Below are positions 63,537 to 64,000 of a DNA stretch of 64,000 nucleotides, piece after piece. The translations under genes were made by a program, and so were the position numbers. The stretch lies in the NCBI GenBank assembly GCA_049521795.1, contig JBEKOM010000010.1:1-64000 (forward strand), written 5' to 3'. This stretch comes from Candidatus Bathyarchaeia archaeon. Lineage in GTDB: Archaea; Thermoproteota; Bathyarchaeia; Bathyarchaeales; Bathycorpusculaceae. A model generated the notes under the pieces. It saw only the letters and a program-made list of their open reading frames with translations. It did no database searches and was not told where the DNA came from. Position 1 is the first letter of the stretch, and each line of letters begins with the position of its first letter.

Positions 63537-64000
63537 TCATGCCTGAGGAGGAGGAGGTGGTGGAATTGAAGTTTCTTCGGGAGCAGCACTTGGCTTCTTC
63601 CTACGCATCATTACAACCACGGCAACAACGACAACCACTATGATTATGATAATTGCTGCCCATATCCAAGGGTCTATTCCAAGAAAGCCGCCGCCAAATC
63701 CGCCGCTCCAAAGGTCAGTTCCGACCATTTCCACTTTGTAGTTAAGCGAATAGACATTCTGATAGTTCAATGTGGCGCTCGAATACATGAAGACCCCCGT
63801 GGTTTGATCATAATATGCGTTCCCTTGACCCAGGCTGAGCATGCTCGAATTGACTATGACTGCGTTTCTACCTCCCCAGCTTCCGATTTGCGCACTGCCA
63901 GCACCTGGAATGCTGCTTCCTGCTGTCATGTTGGCCGGTATTGCAAGAAGACCTATGAAACCAGTGCTTCCATAACCCGATGCGACATTCCCTGAAAACG
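63537..64000 (-). CDS. C-terminal part of a membrane-anchored surface protein (5' end outside window)
   Basis: Frame open to the edge; TM WIWAAIIIIIVVVVVAVVVMM, then RRKK and a poly-Pro tail. Confidence 0.8.
   Translation of the reverse strand, partial: FSGNVASGYGSTGFIGLLAIPANMTAGSSIPGAGSAQIGSWGGRNAVIVNSSMLSLGQGNAYYDQTTGVFMYSSATLNYQNVYSLNYKVEMVGTDLWSGGFGGGFLGIDPWIWAAIIIIIVVVVVAVVVMMRRKKPSAAPEETSIPPPPPPQA

Overview
Archaeal chromosomal window, most likely Bathyarchaeia/TACK. This assignment is inferred from rps30e, GatDE, Elp3, Rio2, Lsm, BHB-intron tRNAs and gene style. The core (about 12.9-57.2 kb) holds a HypD-like glycyl radical enzyme with its activase; a catabolic cluster (three M29-fold enzymes, a hydantoin racemase, an Opp/Dpp ABC transporter, MFS, DUF6092-like protein, nitroreductase); a two-intron tRNA-Tyr; a 2-oxoacid:ferredoxin oxidoreductase; AcnX; a stand-alone HerA-NurA pair next to four same-architecture winged-helix genes; gatDE, elp3, rps30e and tRNA-Leu. 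Both flanks are accessory. On the left (1-12.5 kb), small co-oriented genes are separated by a conserved ~35-bp repeat, followed by a cluster of tRNA 3'-end fragments, several pseudogenes and a mosaic surface metalloprotease. On the right (57.2-64 kb), an integrase-free 3.8-kb island is bounded by a 17-bp tRNA-Leu 3'-end direct repeat, followed by HNH and solo-cas1 remnants and AbiV. The best candidates for an undescribed system are (1) a non-attC gene-cassette repeat linked to tRNA 3'-end insertions and possibly to a solo Cas1, and (2) the HerA-NurA plus four-wHTH locus. No CRISPR array, rRNA or intact integrase was seen. All family calls come from motif recognition by eye, not from database searches.
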